Shown here: piece by piece, positions 38,019-49,269 of the stretch
Position numbering within the stretch: position 1 is the first letter of the stretch
How the letters are laid out: each line of letters begins with the position of its first letter
Origin: a bacterium
GTDB lineage: Bacteria; Patescibacteriota; Patescibacteriia; UBA1558; UBA10009
Assembly (NCBI GenBank): GCA_018672055.1
Contig: JABHGM010000001.1
Span: 72,884 to 136,883 of the forward strand
Reading direction: 5' to 3'
DNA length: 64,000 nt
Made by a program: the position numbers and the translations under genes
Notes under the pieces: generated by a model
Database searches by the model: none
The model's input: only the letters and a program-made list of their open reading frames with translations
Told to the model about the DNA's origin: nothing

Positions 38019-39707
38019 TTATTCAGCAACTTTAAATACTTCTTCAACCGAAGTTAATCCATCTATAGCTTTAAGTAATCCGTCTTGTACCATGGTAACC
38101 ATGCCGTTATTGATAGCGATTTCTTGAATTTCAAATTCAGATACTTTTTCAGATAAAATAACTTTCTCTATTTCAGGATTCATAGTCATTATTTCGAAGA
38201 TACCAATTCTTCCAGAATAACCTAGGTTATGACACTTAGAGCAACCCTTGCCTTTATAAAATTTTAAATTACTTAATACTTCTTCTTCTAAACGTTCAGC
38301 TGATTTAATGGGTATTTTATTTAATATATTTAAAATCTTAGTCATAGCATCATTATCAATTGGATCTTCTACTTTACAGCTCTCACATATCTTTCTCACT
38401 AAACGTTGACCAATAACAGCATTTAAAGCAGGTGAAAGTAAAAAGGGTTTAACTCCCATAGCTAAAAACCTAGGAATAGCACCTGAAGCACTATTTGTAT
38501 GAATAGTAGATATAACTAAATGACCAGTTAATGCAGCATTTAATGATACATCAGCTGTTTCTAAATCCCTTATTTCTCCAACCATTATCACATCGGGATC
38601 TTGCCTAACAATTGATTTTAAACCTTTGGCAAAGGTATAATCTTTTGAATGATCTATCTGACTCTGATTTATACCTTCTAACCTATATTCAATAGGATCT
38701 TCTAAAGAAATAATTTTAGTCTCAGGTTTATTTAATTTATTCAAAATAGCGTAAAGTGTAGTAGTCTTACCAGAACCAGTTGGACCAGTAGATATAATCA
38801 TACCATTAGGTCTTTGTATTTCATGTTTTAAATCAACAAATGACTTACCTCTTAAACCTATATCACTAAATTCTAAACCAGCTGCTGAAGATCTAAGTAA
38901 TCTCATAACAACACTCTCCCCATACGATGTAGGTACTGTAGAAACTCTAACGTCTACTTTGTCTTCAGTTAAATCTATAGTAAAACGACCATCTTGAGGC
39001 TTTTTATCTACATTTATCTTAAGACCAGCTAATAATTTAATACGAGAAATTATTTTAGGCCAATTCTCTAGCTTTATAATAGCCACTGTGTTTAATATGC
39101 CATCAATTCTAAATCTAACTTTTACATCTTTTTCTTCAGCTTCAACATGAATATCGGAAGATTTTGTTTTTAAAGCAGAAGCAATTAAAAGAGTAACTAA
39201 TTCAGAAATATTAACTGTATTAACTTTCTCTTGTAAATCATCAAAATCACCAACTTCAACTTGAAAATTATCAACATCTGATTGAGTTATTTCTACCGTA
39301 CCAACAACCTCTTTATACTTAGGTACTTTTGCATATAATTCTAAAGCAAAATTTAAGCTGTCATCAGAAATAAGATATATTTTAACATTCACATGCTTTT
39401 TTTCTTTTAACTCATCTGAAATTAACTTTACTTGAGGACTCATTGGTTCACTAGTACCAACTCTTACTTCTTTACCAGAATAGAAAAAACAAACTACGTG
39501 ATCTTGCTTAGCTGTTTCTTCAGGAATTAAAGCAATAGCACCAATAGATACAGGAAAGCCATGAAGATCAATATATGGCATGCCTAGAGATTCTGCCTTT
39601 GCTTCGATATCTTTTTCCTTGCCTTTAGCATCCAATTGACCTAGCTTATCACTTAAGTCTTGTGATGTTTTATCTGATGAAATGTTTGGTAAATTTGTAT
39701 TTTCCAT
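38019..39707 (-). CDS. pilB: Type IV pilus assembly ATPase PilB (GspE family)
   Basis: GPTGSGKTTTLYAIL (Walker A), ISLEDPIEY, DPDVIMVGEIRDLETA, TIHTNSASGAIPR. C-terminal CxxC...CxxC zinc motif. Confidence 0.85.
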   Translation of the reverse strand: MENTNLPNISSDKTSQDLSDKLGQLDAKGKEKDIEAKAESLGMPYIDLHGFPVSIGAIALIPEETAKQDHVVCFFYSGKEVRVGTSEPMSPQVKLISDELKEKKHVNVKIYLISDDSLNFALELYAKVPKYKEVVGTVEITQSDVDNFQVEVGDFDDLQEKVNTVNISELVTLLIASALKTKSSDIHVEAEEKDVKVRFRIDGILNTVAIIKLENWPKIISRIKLLAGLKINVDKKPQDGRFTIDLTEDKVDVRVSTVPTSYGESVVMRLLRSSAAGLEFSDIGLRGKSFVDLKHEIQRPNGMIISTGPTGSGKTTTLYAILNKLNKPETKIISLEDPIEYRLEGINQSQIDHSKDYTFAKGLKSIVRQDPDVIMVGEIRDLETADVSLNAALTGHLVISTIHTNSASGAIPRFLAMGVKPFLLSPALNAVIGQRLVRKICESCKVEDPIDNDAMTKILNILNKIPIKSAERLEEEVLSNLKFYKGKGCSKCHNLGYSGRIGIFEIMTMNPEIEKVILSEKVSEFEIQEIAINNGMVTMVQDGLLKAIDGLTSVEEVFKVAE

Positions 39708-39784
39708 ATAACAATATTTTACTCAATTTTATGGATTAAAACAACCCTCTAAAAAATAAAGGGTTGTATTTTTATATAAATCAC

Positions 39785-40774
39785 TTACTGTCTAGGTTTT
39801 AATTTACTAGGTAGTACGGCTGCCCATCTTACCAGTTTACTATATGCTTTCCTGCCTTCAGTTAACCTTAAATAGAGCAAAGTCCATGAATTAACTTGAA
39901 AAGTAGCCAATAATGAACCAATGAATATAAAGAGAAGTATTATTATAATCACTGGAATCATAATAATAGTCCAGAAAATACCAGGTGAAGCAAAACTACT
40001 AGATATACCAACAAAGAAAAATGGTGAAAATATTAAGAAGAAAGCTGCTAGTACTACTAAGCTAATACAGAAATTTATGAATAAGAGGATAGCTGCCATT
40101 TCTAAACTAATTAACCAATTTGCAGAAAATAATCTCCAACCATTTTTAAAAGCGTCCCACATTTTTTGACCTTCTAAAACGACATATGCTGAAGCAAAAC
40201 GTGTTACAAATGAAACAATAATTGAAAGTGGTACAAAAATTAAAAATGTTAAGAATATAATAAATACATTTAATGATTCATTTTGTTGAGCAAAAGTAGC
40301 TAACATAATTGGCGTTAAAATTAAAACTAATATGCCATATACTATAACCTTAGCAATCAAGAAAAGTAAAAAAACAGGCTTAAAGTTTTTTCTACCTGTA
40401 GTTAATAAACCAAAGAAAGTTTTTCTTTCTTTTTTATCAGCTGAAGCGCATCCTTGAATTAAACCAGCCATTGAAGAAATAATTAACCAAATAATTAAAT
40501 ATATTATTCCTAAAATGAAAAGAACAAATAAAGCTAATAAAAAACCTCTTACTATAGTTAAATCCCAATCTTGAAAGATTGAAGTATTAAACCATTCACT
40601 TAAACTAAAAATAGTTTCTGGTTGTAAATTAACTCGTTCGATTTGACGAGATAACATTTGATATTCACCACCATTACCTAAAAAAGCCACAAAAAAACCT
40701 AATGGCCATAAATAATAATGCTTTTTAGTAATTAACCAAGCATTGGTTAATATTTTACGATATAAACTAGTCAT
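39785..40774 (-). CDS. Polytopic membrane protein, hypothetical
   Basis: 329 aa with ~7 hydrophobic helices. No T2SS-F/PilC motif recognised. Confidence 0.4.
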   Translation of the reverse strand: MTSLYRKILTNAWLITKKHYYLWPLGFFVAFLGNGGEYQMLSRQIERVNLQPETIFSLSEWFNTSIFQDWDLTIVRGFLLALFVLFILGIIYLIIWLIISSMAGLIQGCASADKKERKTFFGLLTTGRKNFKPVFLLFLIAKVIVYGILVLILTPIMLATFAQQNESLNVFIIFLTFLIFVPLSIIVSFVTRFASAYVVLEGQKMWDAFKNGWRLFSANWLISLEMAAILLFINFCISLVVLAAFFLIFSPFFFVGISSSFASPGIFWTIIMIPVIIIILLFIFIGSLLATFQVNSWTLLYLRLTEGRKAYSKLVRWAAVLPSKLKPRQ

Positions 40775-40834
40775 GGGGTTTCTAGCTTAATAATTAAATT
40801 ATATTTGAGCTGTCTTGTGTTATTATACTATATT

Positions 40835-42676
40835 TTACTGAGTTTTGAAAAGGGCTTCAAATTCTTCCTTTTCTAAAGTCTCCTTAACTAAGAGTTCATC
40901 AGATATCTTATCTAAATAGTTTTTATGTTTAGTAATTATTTCTTTAGCAGTCTTACTAGCTTCATGAATAAAATTAGATACTTCATTATCAATAGCTTCG
41001 GCTGTCTTTTCACTATAATCTCTTCTTTCATGTAATTCTTTGCCTAGAAAAACCATGCCTTCGCCTTCACCAAAAGTACGTGGTCCTAGCTTTTCACTCA
41101 TACCATATTGAGTTATAAGTTGCTTGGCAAGTTGAGTAGCTTTCCTAAGATCACTAGAAGCACCAGTTGTTACATCACCAAAAACTTCTTTCTCAGTAAC
41201 ATGCCCTGCTAATAAAACAGCGAGTTCATCAATAAATTCTCTTCTATTATGTAAATTCTTATCTTCCAAGGGTAACTTCATAGTATAACCAGCAGCTCTA
41301 CCACGAGATATAATAGATACTTTATGAACAGGATCAGCATCAGGTAACATATGAGCAACTAAAGCATGACCAGCTTCATGATAAGCTGTAATCTTCTTTT
41401 CTTTTTCAGATAATACATGACTCTTTCTCTCAGGTCCTAACATTACTTTTTCAATACTATTAATTAAGTCATCCATTGTAATTTTTTTACGATTTTGCTT
41501 AGCAGCTAGTATAGCTGCTTCATTTAATAAATTAGCTAAATCTGCTCCTGAAAAACCAGGAGTACGTTGAGCAATAGTTTTAAGCTTTGCATCACTATCA
41601 AATGGTTTATTCTTAGCATGAACTTCTAAGATAGCATTTCTTTCTTTAATGTCAGGTAAATCAATTACTACCTGCCTATCAAATCTACCAGGTCTTAAAA
41701 GTGCTGGATCTAAAACATCAGGTCTATTAGTAGCCGCAATAACAATTACATTTGTATCAGTTTCAAAACCATCCATCTCAGTTAAAATTTGATTTAGAGT
41801 TTGTTCACGTTCATCATGTGATCCACCGAGTCCAGAACCACGTTGTCTACCAACAGCATCAATCTCATCTACAAATACAATAGCTGGGGCTGCCTTTTTA
41901 GCTTTCTTAAATAAATCTCTAACTCTGGAAGCACCAACACCAACAAACATTTCAACGAATTCAGAACCAGAAATATGGAAATATGGAACTTTAGCTTCAC
42001 CAGCAACTGCTCTAGCCATTAAAGTCTTACCAGTACCAGGTGAACCTAAAAGTAAAACGCCTTTTGGAATCTTAGCGCCCATTGATAAAAATTTACGAGG
42101 ATTCTTTAAAAAATCAACAATTTCTGAAAGCTCTTCTTTTGCTTCATGAGATCCTGCCACATCTTTAAAGGTAGTCTTATTCTTAGTATCTTGATTAATC
42201 ATTTTAGCACTTGATTGTCCAAAAGACATAGCTCTATTATTTGCACCTTGTGCCTGACGCATCATAAACCAAATAAATAATCCAATAAATAAAAATGGTA
42301 TTAAAAATGGTAATAATGAAGTAAGCCAAACAGTGCTAGTAGAATCTTGTTTAACTTTCATTTCAATTCTACTCATTTTATTTGCTTCAACACTAAAATT
42401 ACTTAAGAGTTCAGTTAATGATTGATTAGGTTCTTTAAATATAACGAAAATACTATCATCATTTAAAGTAGTTAAAAGTTTTGAGTTTTCAATTTCAATA
42501 TTCTTAACTTCTTCATTATTAATATGCTCTACTAACTGGTTAATACCTATCTCTTGAGGCTTCTCATTAACAGCAGAATCATACATACTAAAAACACTGG
42601 CAATGAATATAAAAACCAGTAAAAATATAGCGAAATTTTTGAATAATTGATTTTGTTTCTTTTTAGATTTTTTCAT
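40835..42676 (-). CDS. ftsH: ATP-dependent zinc metalloprotease FtsH (likely start MKKSKKK at 42676; track start 42724)
   Basis: [68 protein letters not shown] zinc motif. Confidence 0.9.
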   Translation of the reverse strand: MKKSKKKQNQLFKNFAIFLLVFIFIASVFSMYDSAVNEKPQEIGINQLVEHINNEEVKNIEIENSKLLTTLNDDSIFVIFKEPNQSLTELLSNFSVEANKMSRIEMKVKQDSTSTVWLTSLLPFLIPFLFIGLFIWFMMRQAQGANNRAMSFGQSSAKMINQDTKNKTTFKDVAGSHEAKEELSEIVDFLKNPRKFLSMGAKIPKGVLLLGSPGTGKTLMARAVAGEAKVPYFHISGSEFVEMFVGVGASRVRDLFKKAKKAAPAIVFVDEIDAVGRQRGSGLGGSHDEREQTLNQILTEMDGFETDTNVIVIAATNRPDVLDPALLRPGRFDRQVVIDLPDIKERNAILEVHAKNKPFDSDAKLKTIAQRTPGFSGADLANLLNEAAILAAKQNRKKITMDDLINSIEKVMLGPERKSHVLSEKEKKITAYHEAGHALVAHMLPDADPVHKVSIISRGRAAGYTMKLPLEDKNLHNRREFIDELAVLLAGHVTEKEVFGDVTTGASSDLRKATQLAKQLITQYGMSEKLGPRTFGEGEGMVFLGKELHERRDYSEKTAEAIDNEVSNFIHEASKTAKEIITKHKNYLDKISDELLVKETLEKEEFEALFKTQ

Positions 42677-42749
42677 ATAGTTTAATAATACACAATTTTT
42701 TAAGTAAAAGCTATTATAATACAAATTACATATTTAAGCAAGGGCTTAA

Positions 42750-42790
42750 TAAAAAGAGTAGAAATATTAATATTTTCTACTCTTTTCAAT
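42750..42790. terminator. Terminator after rpsA (near-perfect 14-bp palindrome)
   Basis: AAAAGAGTAGAAATATT-a-AATATTTTCTACTCTTTT. Confidence 0.55.
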
Positions 42791-42803
42791 ATTTTAAATT
42801 ATA

Positions 42804-44048
42804 TTATTTCTTTGCTTTTTTTGGTTTCTCTACTTCTGGCTTTACTTCAGCTTTTTTCTTAACTTCAGCTTCTTCTTCAGACTTCTCTTCTTTTACTTTC
42901 TTCTCTTTTTTAGGAGCCACCTTTTTAACTGTACCGTGAGCTAAACCAAGTCTATGATCTTTAGGATCAAGTGAAATAATTGTAAATTCATAATCCTTAC
43001 CTTCTTCCAACATATCTTTTGGATGATTTATGTCTTTACCTAGCTCAGAGATATGAGCTAAACCATGAATATCCTTATCTAATTCTACAAAAGCACCAAA
43101 TGGATTAATCTTTAAAACCTTACCCTTAACCTTTTGATTTACTTTATATTTTTTAGCAACCTTAGCCCAAGGATCTTCTAATAACTTCTTCATAGATAAT
43201 GATACACGAGAACCTTCAACTGAAATTATTTCAGCCTTTATCTTATCACCTACTTTTACTATAGTATTTGGATCATCAATTCTTTGCCAAGCTAATTCAG
43301 AAATATGTACTAAGCCTTCTAAGCCTTGCCCGAATTCAATGAAAGCACCAAAATCAACGACAGCTGTAATTGTACCTTCTATAACATTACCAAGTTTAAA
43401 TCCTTCCATTGCACTTTGTTGTTTTTCTTCCCAAGCAGCACGTTCTGAAACAATTAATTTTTCTTCAGCTTCATTTACATCAATAATTTTTACTTTATGT
43501 GCTTGTCCAATAAATTTCTTAAGTGCTACAAGTATTTTACTTCTATCACCACCTTCAACACGTGGATAATGTTCTGTATTAAGTTGTGAAACAGGTAAAA
43601 ATCCCATTACGTTACCAACTTTAGTCATTAAACCACCTTTATTAGCATCAACAATTTTAGCATCAACAATTTCTTCATCTTTCATCAACTTTTCTAAACG
43701 TTCCCAAGCTTTTTGATGACCAGCGTATCTAAAAGAAAGTTCCAATCTACCTTTCTCGTTTTCGAGTTCTAAAACGGTAGCTGAAACTTTATCGCCTGTT
43801 TTAATTTTTGAATATTCGCCAGATTCATCATAAATCTCTTTACCGCGAATAGTACCTATTGTTAAGCCTTCGATATCGAGTAAAACTTCATTCTTAGAAA
43901 CACTAAGTATTTTACCCTCAACCAAATCACCAATAGCTGGAATAGCTTTAGCTATGCCTTGAGATAATAAATTATCCATTAGATTTTCTTTTTTGGATTT
44001 TTTACTAACCTCTTTCAATTTATCTTTTACTTCACTAATTACTGTCAT
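42804..44048 (-). CDS. rpsA: 30S ribosomal protein S1 (four S1 domains, K/E-rich tail)
   Basis: Repeated S1-domain motifs (GDLVEGKILSV..., GDKVSATVLE..., GNVIEGTITAVVDFGAFIEF..., VKGKVLKINPFGAFVEL...). Confidence 0.8.
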   Translation of the reverse strand: MTVISEVKDKLKEVSKKSKKENLMDNLLSQGIAKAIPAIGDLVEGKILSVSKNEVLLDIEGLTIGTIRGKEIYDESGEYSKIKTGDKVSATVLELENEKGRLELSFRYAGHQKAWERLEKLMKDEEIVDAKIVDANKGGLMTKVGNVMGFLPVSQLNTEHYPRVEGGDRSKILVALKKFIGQAHKVKIIDVNEAEEKLIVSERAAWEEKQQSAMEGFKLGNVIEGTITAVVDFGAFIEFGQGLEGLVHISELAWQRIDDPNTIVKVGDKIKAEIISVEGSRVSLSMKKLLEDPWAKVAKKYKVNQKVKGKVLKINPFGAFVELDKDIHGLAHISELGKDINHPKDMLEEGKDYEFTIISLDPKDHRLGLAHGTVKKVAPKKEKKVKEEKSEEEAEVKKKAEVKPEVEKPKKAKK

Positions 44049-44236
44049 ATTAGTTAATTAAATTAACCCTATAAATAGAGTGTCTTGCTGACCTTAAAGC
44101 AAGAAATTGTTTAAAAGTCTTGAATATATTAACATATTGCCTATTTTATGTCAATTACCTATTGACATTATATTTAAAAAATTGTAGTATAGTATATATC
44201 GTTTTTTATATATAACCAACCCCTAGGAGAACCTAA

Positions 44237-44455
44237 ATGACTAAGATTAGAAAAATTGAAGAAGTACAAAACATTATAGATAATTGCTCAGATCTAATAA
44301 ATGGTGAAAGGAAAACCTTCCCTCTTGCTCGAGACATTGACACAGATTGTTTTATAAAGCTATCTGGTCTCATACACAATAAAAATAATAATCGAACTAT
44401 TGATATTTCGCTCAGTAATAATAATCTAATTATAGAATGTCCTAAACAATTCTAG
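44237..44455 (+). CDS. Small stand-alone hypothetical protein (72 aa, 4 Cys)
   Basis: Own promoter (TTGACA...TAGTAT), strong SD AGGAGA-N7-ATG, and terminator GGCAGTGAATTTACTGCC plus T-run at 44476-44510. Confidence 0.45.
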   Translation: MTKIRKIEEVQNIIDNCSDLINGERKTFPLARDIDTDCFIKLSGLIHNKNNNRTIDISLSNNNLIIECPKQF

Positions 44456-44511
44456 TCATAAATAAAGTATTCTAAAAGGCAGTAAATTCACTGCCTTTTT
44501 TTATTTATCTC

Positions 44512-45183
44512 TTAAACTCCGTATTCTTCTAAATACTTATCTATTTCTTTTGCTTTTTCTTTATTCAAATAAACTGTTCCATCAATTTCTCTTTCAATTA
44601 AATAATCACGTATTTCATTAATAGTAACTATAGCTTTAACTGGAAATTTTAATTTCTCTTCAATATTTAAAAATGCATCAAGACCATCTTTAGTTTTTTC
44701 TCTTCTATTAACAGCTACCACTAAACCAACGTACTTTACTTGAGCTAACTTATTAATTAACTCAACAGTTTCAAATTTAGTACCGCCATCTGTTACTACA
44801 TCATCTATCATTATTAAACGATCATTGTCTTCTAAAACATGGCCTACTAATATTTTTTTATCACCGTGATCTTTTATTTCTTTCCTATTAAACGAATAAT
44901 ACTTATCCATATCATAATCCTTATTTAAAGAAATGGTAGTAGTTACAGCTAAAGAAATGCCTTTGTAAGCAGGACCAAATACTACATCAAACTCTTCATT
45001 AAATTCATCTTTAATTAAAGAAGCAAAAAAATAGCCTAATCTATCAATAGCCATACCTGTTTCAAAAACGCCGGTATTAATAAAATATGGAGATACTCTA
45101 CCGCTTTTTAAAGTAAATTCACCAAACTGTAAAGCATTATTCTTTACTAAAAATTCAATAAACTCTTTTTTATAATCTTGCAT
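44512..45183 (-). CDS. pyrE: Orotate phosphoribosyltransferase (probable start MQDYKK at 45183)
   Basis: QFGEFTLKSGRVSPYFINTG and PRPP-binding LIMIDDVVTDGGT motifs. Confidence 0.85.
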   Translation of the reverse strand: MQDYKKEFIEFLVKNNALQFGEFTLKSGRVSPYFINTGVFETGMAIDRLGYFFASLIKDEFNEEFDVVFGPAYKGISLAVTTTISLNKDYDMDKYYSFNRKEIKDHGDKKILVGHVLEDNDRLIMIDDVVTDGGTKFETVELINKLAQVKYVGLVVAVNRREKTKDGLDAFLNIEEKLKFPVKAIVTINEIRDYLIEREIDGTVYLNKEKAKEIDKYLEEYGV

Positions 45184-45184
45184 A

Positions 45185-45976
45185 TTATTTAAAATTAACT
45201 TTAGCTCCACTACCATCTCTATAGTATTCACCAAATTCAGATATATTATTAGCAAAGGTTGCATTAACTACAGGACCAGCTTGGCATAAACAAATTCCTA
45301 AAGGATCAACGCAACATGAACCGCAAACACCTATACCGCATTTCATATATCTTTCTAAAGAAACTTGGCATTTAGTCTTTTTCTCTATGGATAAATCAAC
45401 TATTTTTTTTAAAAGAAGTTCTGGACCACAAGCATACCAAGAATCATAATTATTACTAGATAATTCTTTAAACATGTCCCAAGCTCTTTCATGATTATTT
45501 TTTTTAAATCTATGAATAACATTAATACCTTGATCTTCTAACCATTTTTCATAAACAATGCTTTTTTTATCTTTAGCTGCTATTAAAAAATCAACTTCAA
45601 TATTATTTTCTCTAGCTCTTTGGGCAAGGTAAGTAACCGAGGCAATGCCAGAGCCTCCACCTAATATTAGAATCTTTTTTTTGTCTTCAAAATTATAGCT
45701 GGTACCATAAGGTCCTGTAAAACCAAGTTTATCACCTTTTTTTAATTTAAATAGCTCTTTAGTATAAGGGCCTACTTTTATAACCCCAATAGCAAATTCA
45801 TTTTCTTTTTGCCAAGCAACTGAAAAAGGTTTTGAATCGACACCAGGAAGCCAAACCATTAAAAATTGACCCGGCTTTGCATCTAAAGGATAATCTAAAA
45901 CAAAAGTCTTGAAATTACTAGACTCTTTTATAACTTCCTTAACAGTAACAATTGTAGGTTGTTCAATATGTTGCAT
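45185..45976 (-). CDS. pyrK: Dihydroorotate dehydrogenase electron-transfer subunit
   Basis: FAD/NAD-binding LILGGGSGIASV. C-terminal 2Fe-2S Cys cluster CGIGVCGSCC. Confidence 0.8.
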   Translation of the reverse strand: MQHIEQPTIVTVKEVIKESSNFKTFVLDYPLDAKPGQFLMVWLPGVDSKPFSVAWQKENEFAIGVIKVGPYTKELFKLKKGDKLGFTGPYGTSYNFEDKKKILILGGGSGIASVTYLAQRARENNIEVDFLIAAKDKKSIVYEKWLEDQGINVIHRFKKNNHERAWDMFKELSSNNYDSWYACGPELLLKKIVDLSIEKKTKCQVSLERYMKCGIGVCGSCCVDPLGICLCQAGPVVNATFANNISEFGEYYRDGSGAKVNFK

Positions 45977-45977
45977 A

Positions 45978-46889
45978 TTACTTATGAGTCAAACCAATTA
46001 TATCCTCTATCTTTTTAAAATCATTTTCTTTTAACCACTCTTCAGTTTCTTTCATGATCTGAGAAAATACATTAACACTTCTATCTAAAACAGCTGTGCC
46101 TACACCAATGCCAGTGGCTCCAGCCATCATCATTTCAATTAGATCACGCCCTGTTGTAACACCACCACAGCCAATAATTGGCACCTTAACTGCTTTATAT
46201 AGGTCAAAGACACATCTAACAGCAATAGGTCTAAGAGCAGGTCCAGAAACGCCGCCCATACCAAAACCTAAAACAGGTTTATAGGTATCAATATCTATTA
46301 TCATGCCAGGTCCCATAGTATTCCCCGCTACAATAGCGTCAGCACCAGCAGCTTCAGCTGCTTTGCCTACTTCAACTAAATTCTCATTCGGTGATAATTT
46401 AATCCAAATTGGCAAATCTGTTATTTCTTTTAAAGTTTTAGTTATTTTAGTAGCCATCTCTGGAGTATGTTGACCACCCATAGTGCCATAACCTGGAGTA
46501 TGAGGACATGACAAAGGAACTTCAATAGCCTTAAAATTACAATTTTTTAATTCATTATATACTGCTTTAAAATCATCTTCTTTTTGACCAATAATACTTA
46601 AAATAACCGGGGCTTCTATATCAGCTACGTTAGAAAATTCTTGAGACGCTTTAATTGAACCTTGATTAGGATAACCCACAGCATTTAACATACCTTCTTC
46701 ATAGGTAGCTATAATTGGTGAAGGATGTCCTTTACGAGGTTCTTTAGAAATTGACTTAGTAACTACAGCTCCAGCTCCATTACGAACTACATTATTTAAA
46801 GAAGCTGAACTAACGCCTAAAATACCCGATGCCAAAATGGTCGGGTTTTTTAGTTTTAAATTATTTATCTTAATCTCTAAATTTATCAT
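45978..46889 (-). CDS. pyrD: Dihydroorotate dehydrogenase catalytic subunit (class 1B)
   Basis: NPTILASGILGVS, FMN-binding GAGAVVTKSI, IIGCGGVTTGRD motifs. Confidence 0.85.
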   Translation of the reverse strand: MINLEIKINNLKLKNPTILASGILGVSSASLNNVVRNGAGAVVTKSISKEPRKGHPSPIIATYEEGMLNAVGYPNQGSIKASQEFSNVADIEAPVILSIIGQKEDDFKAVYNELKNCNFKAIEVPLSCPHTPGYGTMGGQHTPEMATKITKTLKEITDLPIWIKLSPNENLVEVGKAAEAAGADAIVAGNTMGPGMIIDIDTYKPVLGFGMGGVSGPALRPIAVRCVFDLYKAVKVPIIGCGGVTTGRDLIEMMMAGATGIGVGTAVLDRSVNVFSQIMKETEEWLKENDFKKIEDIIGLTHK

Positions 46890-48176
46890 TTATAATGATT
46901 TATCTAATTTATATGAATTTAGCATAAGATTACCAGGTGCACCTAATGAATTAATTTCTTTCAAAGCTTTAACTGGATCACCTACTTCTAAATCATCAAG
47001 TTCTTCTTTAACTTTCTGGTAAGCCTCTCTAAATGTCATGCCTTTTTTAACTAAATTATTCGCTTCTATAGTAGCAAATAACTCAGGGGAAAGCGAATTC
47101 ATTAATACTTCTTTATTTGGTTTAATACCACTCATTACTAAGACCATAACTTCTAAACTACGTCTGGTAATACCCATGCCTTTTATTAAAGGTTCTTTAG
47201 TTAACTGGGTATCTCTATTATATCCAGAAATTAAACTCTTACAAACATCTTTAATTTGAGTCTGCAAACCAACTATTACATTAACGTTACCTCTAACAAG
47301 TTCAAATACGTCAGGATTTCTTTTTTGAGGCATTATTGATGAACCAGTGGTATATTCCCAAGGTAAATTAAAATAATTAAATTCAGGCGTAGTATACCAA
47401 ATCATTTCATTAGCCAATCTACCTAATATCATCATTATCTGAGTACAAACAGCTAAAATATAGCTTTCTGTTTTACCACGAGAATTAACAGCATAAAGTG
47501 AATTAATTTGAGTTTTCTGAAATCCCATTAACTTAGTTGTTAACTTTCTATCTAAATTAAAGTTAACGCCAAAACCAGCAGCAGCACCTAAAGGATTCTG
47601 ATCATTCAGCTCGTAAGCTGAAACAAGTAACTTATGATCATTAATTAAATCTTCTAAATAAGCAGCAGCCCAATGCCCTATGGAAGAAGGCATAGCTCGT
47701 CTTGTATGAGTATAGCCAGGTAATGGCATATATTCATATTTCTTAGCCATATCAAGAAATACTTTTTCTAGCTTAACCATTTCTGCACTAATTTGTTTTA
47801 ACTTCTTTCTTGAATAAAGACGTGTAGCAACTAGTACTTGATCGTTTCTTGATCTTCCGGTATGTATTTTTTTACCAAGAGGTCCATACTTTTTTATTAA
47901 ATAGTTTTCTATAGCTGTATGACAATCCTCATCTTCAAGCCTAATCTTAAACTTACCTTGTTTAAACAACTTCATTATTTCATTCAAACCTTGATTCAAT
48001 TTAGTAAACTCAGCAGGCTTTAAAACTTTAATTTTAACTAAAGCTTTAGCGTGAGCTCGTGATGCTTCAATATCATAAGGTAATAACCTTTTATCTAACT
48101 TATGATCATTACCTACTGTATATTTCTCTACCATTGGATGAAGAGAAGTTGATTTTGATTTCCAAATTTTTGGCAT
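46890..48176 (-). CDS. argH: Argininosuccinate lyase-like (fumarase/aspartase superfamily)
   Basis: HTGRSRNDQV, GYTHTRRAMPSSIGHW, GSSIMPQKRNPDVFELVRG signatures. Confidence 0.7.
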   Translation of the reverse strand: MPKIWKSKSTSLHPMVEKYTVGNDHKLDKRLLPYDIEASRAHAKALVKIKVLKPAEFTKLNQGLNEIMKLFKQGKFKIRLEDEDCHTAIENYLIKKYGPLGKKIHTGRSRNDQVLVATRLYSRKKLKQISAEMVKLEKVFLDMAKKYEYMPLPGYTHTRRAMPSSIGHWAAAYLEDLINDHKLLVSAYELNDQNPLGAAAGFGVNFNLDRKLTTKLMGFQKTQINSLYAVNSRGKTESYILAVCTQIMMILGRLANEMIWYTTPEFNYFNLPWEYTTGSSIMPQKRNPDVFELVRGNVNVIVGLQTQIKDVCKSLISGYNRDTQLTKEPLIKGMGITRRSLEVMVLVMSGIKPNKEVLMNSLSPELFATIEANNLVKKGMTFREAYQKVKEELDDLEVGDPVKALKEINSLGAPGNLMLNSYKLDKSL

Positions 48177-48190
48177 ATTTTTTATTTAAA

Positions 48191-49159
48191 TTAATTTGAT
48201 AATATTTTTTTACCATTCGCGCAAGCTATCTTAACTAAATCTTCGTAGTTATAGTATCTACAAGCTTCTTGAAGCATTCTCATCTCAAGCCACATATCCG
48301 CATCAACAAAAGGTTGATAGAAATCATATACATTATCTACACCTAAACCTACTACTACACCAGCTTCCAACATTTCTGGAACATTTGCTATGGAATTATG
48401 AACTGGAGAAGTAAATTCATCTAACTGACGCATAGCTAAAGCCGCAGATGGACAAACAACAGCGCTCATACCAATACTAGCCATCTCTTTATATATTTTC
48501 ATTCTATAACTTTTAGGTTGAGCAGAAACTGACAAGACATGAATCCCTACTGTCTTATCTCCATAATTATGTTTCTTAGCATATTCAAGCAATACTTCTG
48601 TATCTTTTTCATTAGGATTATTTTCTTGATCAATATGGACATGTACTTTTTTACCTAAGTTCTTAGCAATGGAAAATAGATGATCATAGTTTTCCTTATC
48701 ATCAGGCCTATCTTTTGAAGGTAGACCTCCAGCTATATCTGCTTTTGCTGTAATCTCTTCATATAATTTACGTGCCTCCGAATCATTTAAACCACCCAGA
48801 GGCTGAGTAATAGTTAAAAATTCTATTTTATCCTTATACTCTTCTTTAACTACGTTGGCTGCATCAATTGCTTTATGACCAACTGCTTGATAGGCATCAA
48901 TAAAGGAAGCAGTTAATTTACAACCCTGTTCAACTAAAGTATCCAAAGCCCAACGTATTCTTTGTTCAATTTCTTCTTGAGTTGAACTTCTTTTTATATC
49001 ATCACTCATATTCCATTTAGCTTCCATGTCTACCATAGTTTTATCTAAACCTTCTTTATCTATGTAATATGCTTTATCAAAATGAGCATGACAATTTACA
49101 AAACCACCTTCTTTCTTAATTGAAGTTAGCATTTCATCTTTTAAATTCCATTTTTCCAT
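48191..49159 (-). CDS. Amidohydrolase-superfamily metallohydrolase (possible pyrimidine-related hydrolase/deaminase)
   Basis: N-terminal HAH (VNCHAHFDKA), internal VHVHID and GLGVDNV metal-ligand-like motifs. First gene of the pyr cluster. Confidence 0.35.
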   Translation of the reverse strand: MEKWNLKDEMLTSIKKEGGFVNCHAHFDKAYYIDKEGLDKTMVDMEAKWNMSDDIKRSSTQEEIEQRIRWALDTLVEQGCKLTASFIDAYQAVGHKAIDAANVVKEEYKDKIEFLTITQPLGGLNDSEARKLYEEITAKADIAGGLPSKDRPDDKENYDHLFSIAKNLGKKVHVHIDQENNPNEKDTEVLLEYAKKHNYGDKTVGIHVLSVSAQPKSYRMKIYKEMASIGMSAVVCPSAALAMRQLDEFTSPVHNSIANVPEMLEAGVVVGLGVDNVYDFYQPFVDADMWLEMRMLQEACRYYNYEDLVKIACANGKKILSN

Positions 49160-49269
49160 ATAATATATTTTAGTTATAAAAAAATAACTCCATTACTGGA
49201 GCTAAAATGAGAAAAACCTTGCCTTCTTATATTTTCTAAGGCAGAATTTGTCCATGCGAATTGTCCAAA

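Noticed and set aside
39785-40774. PilC/GspF platform protein next to pilB.
   Set aside because: 329 aa with ~7 evenly spread TM helices and no duplicated T2SS-F cytoplasmic domains. It does not fit PilC architecture.
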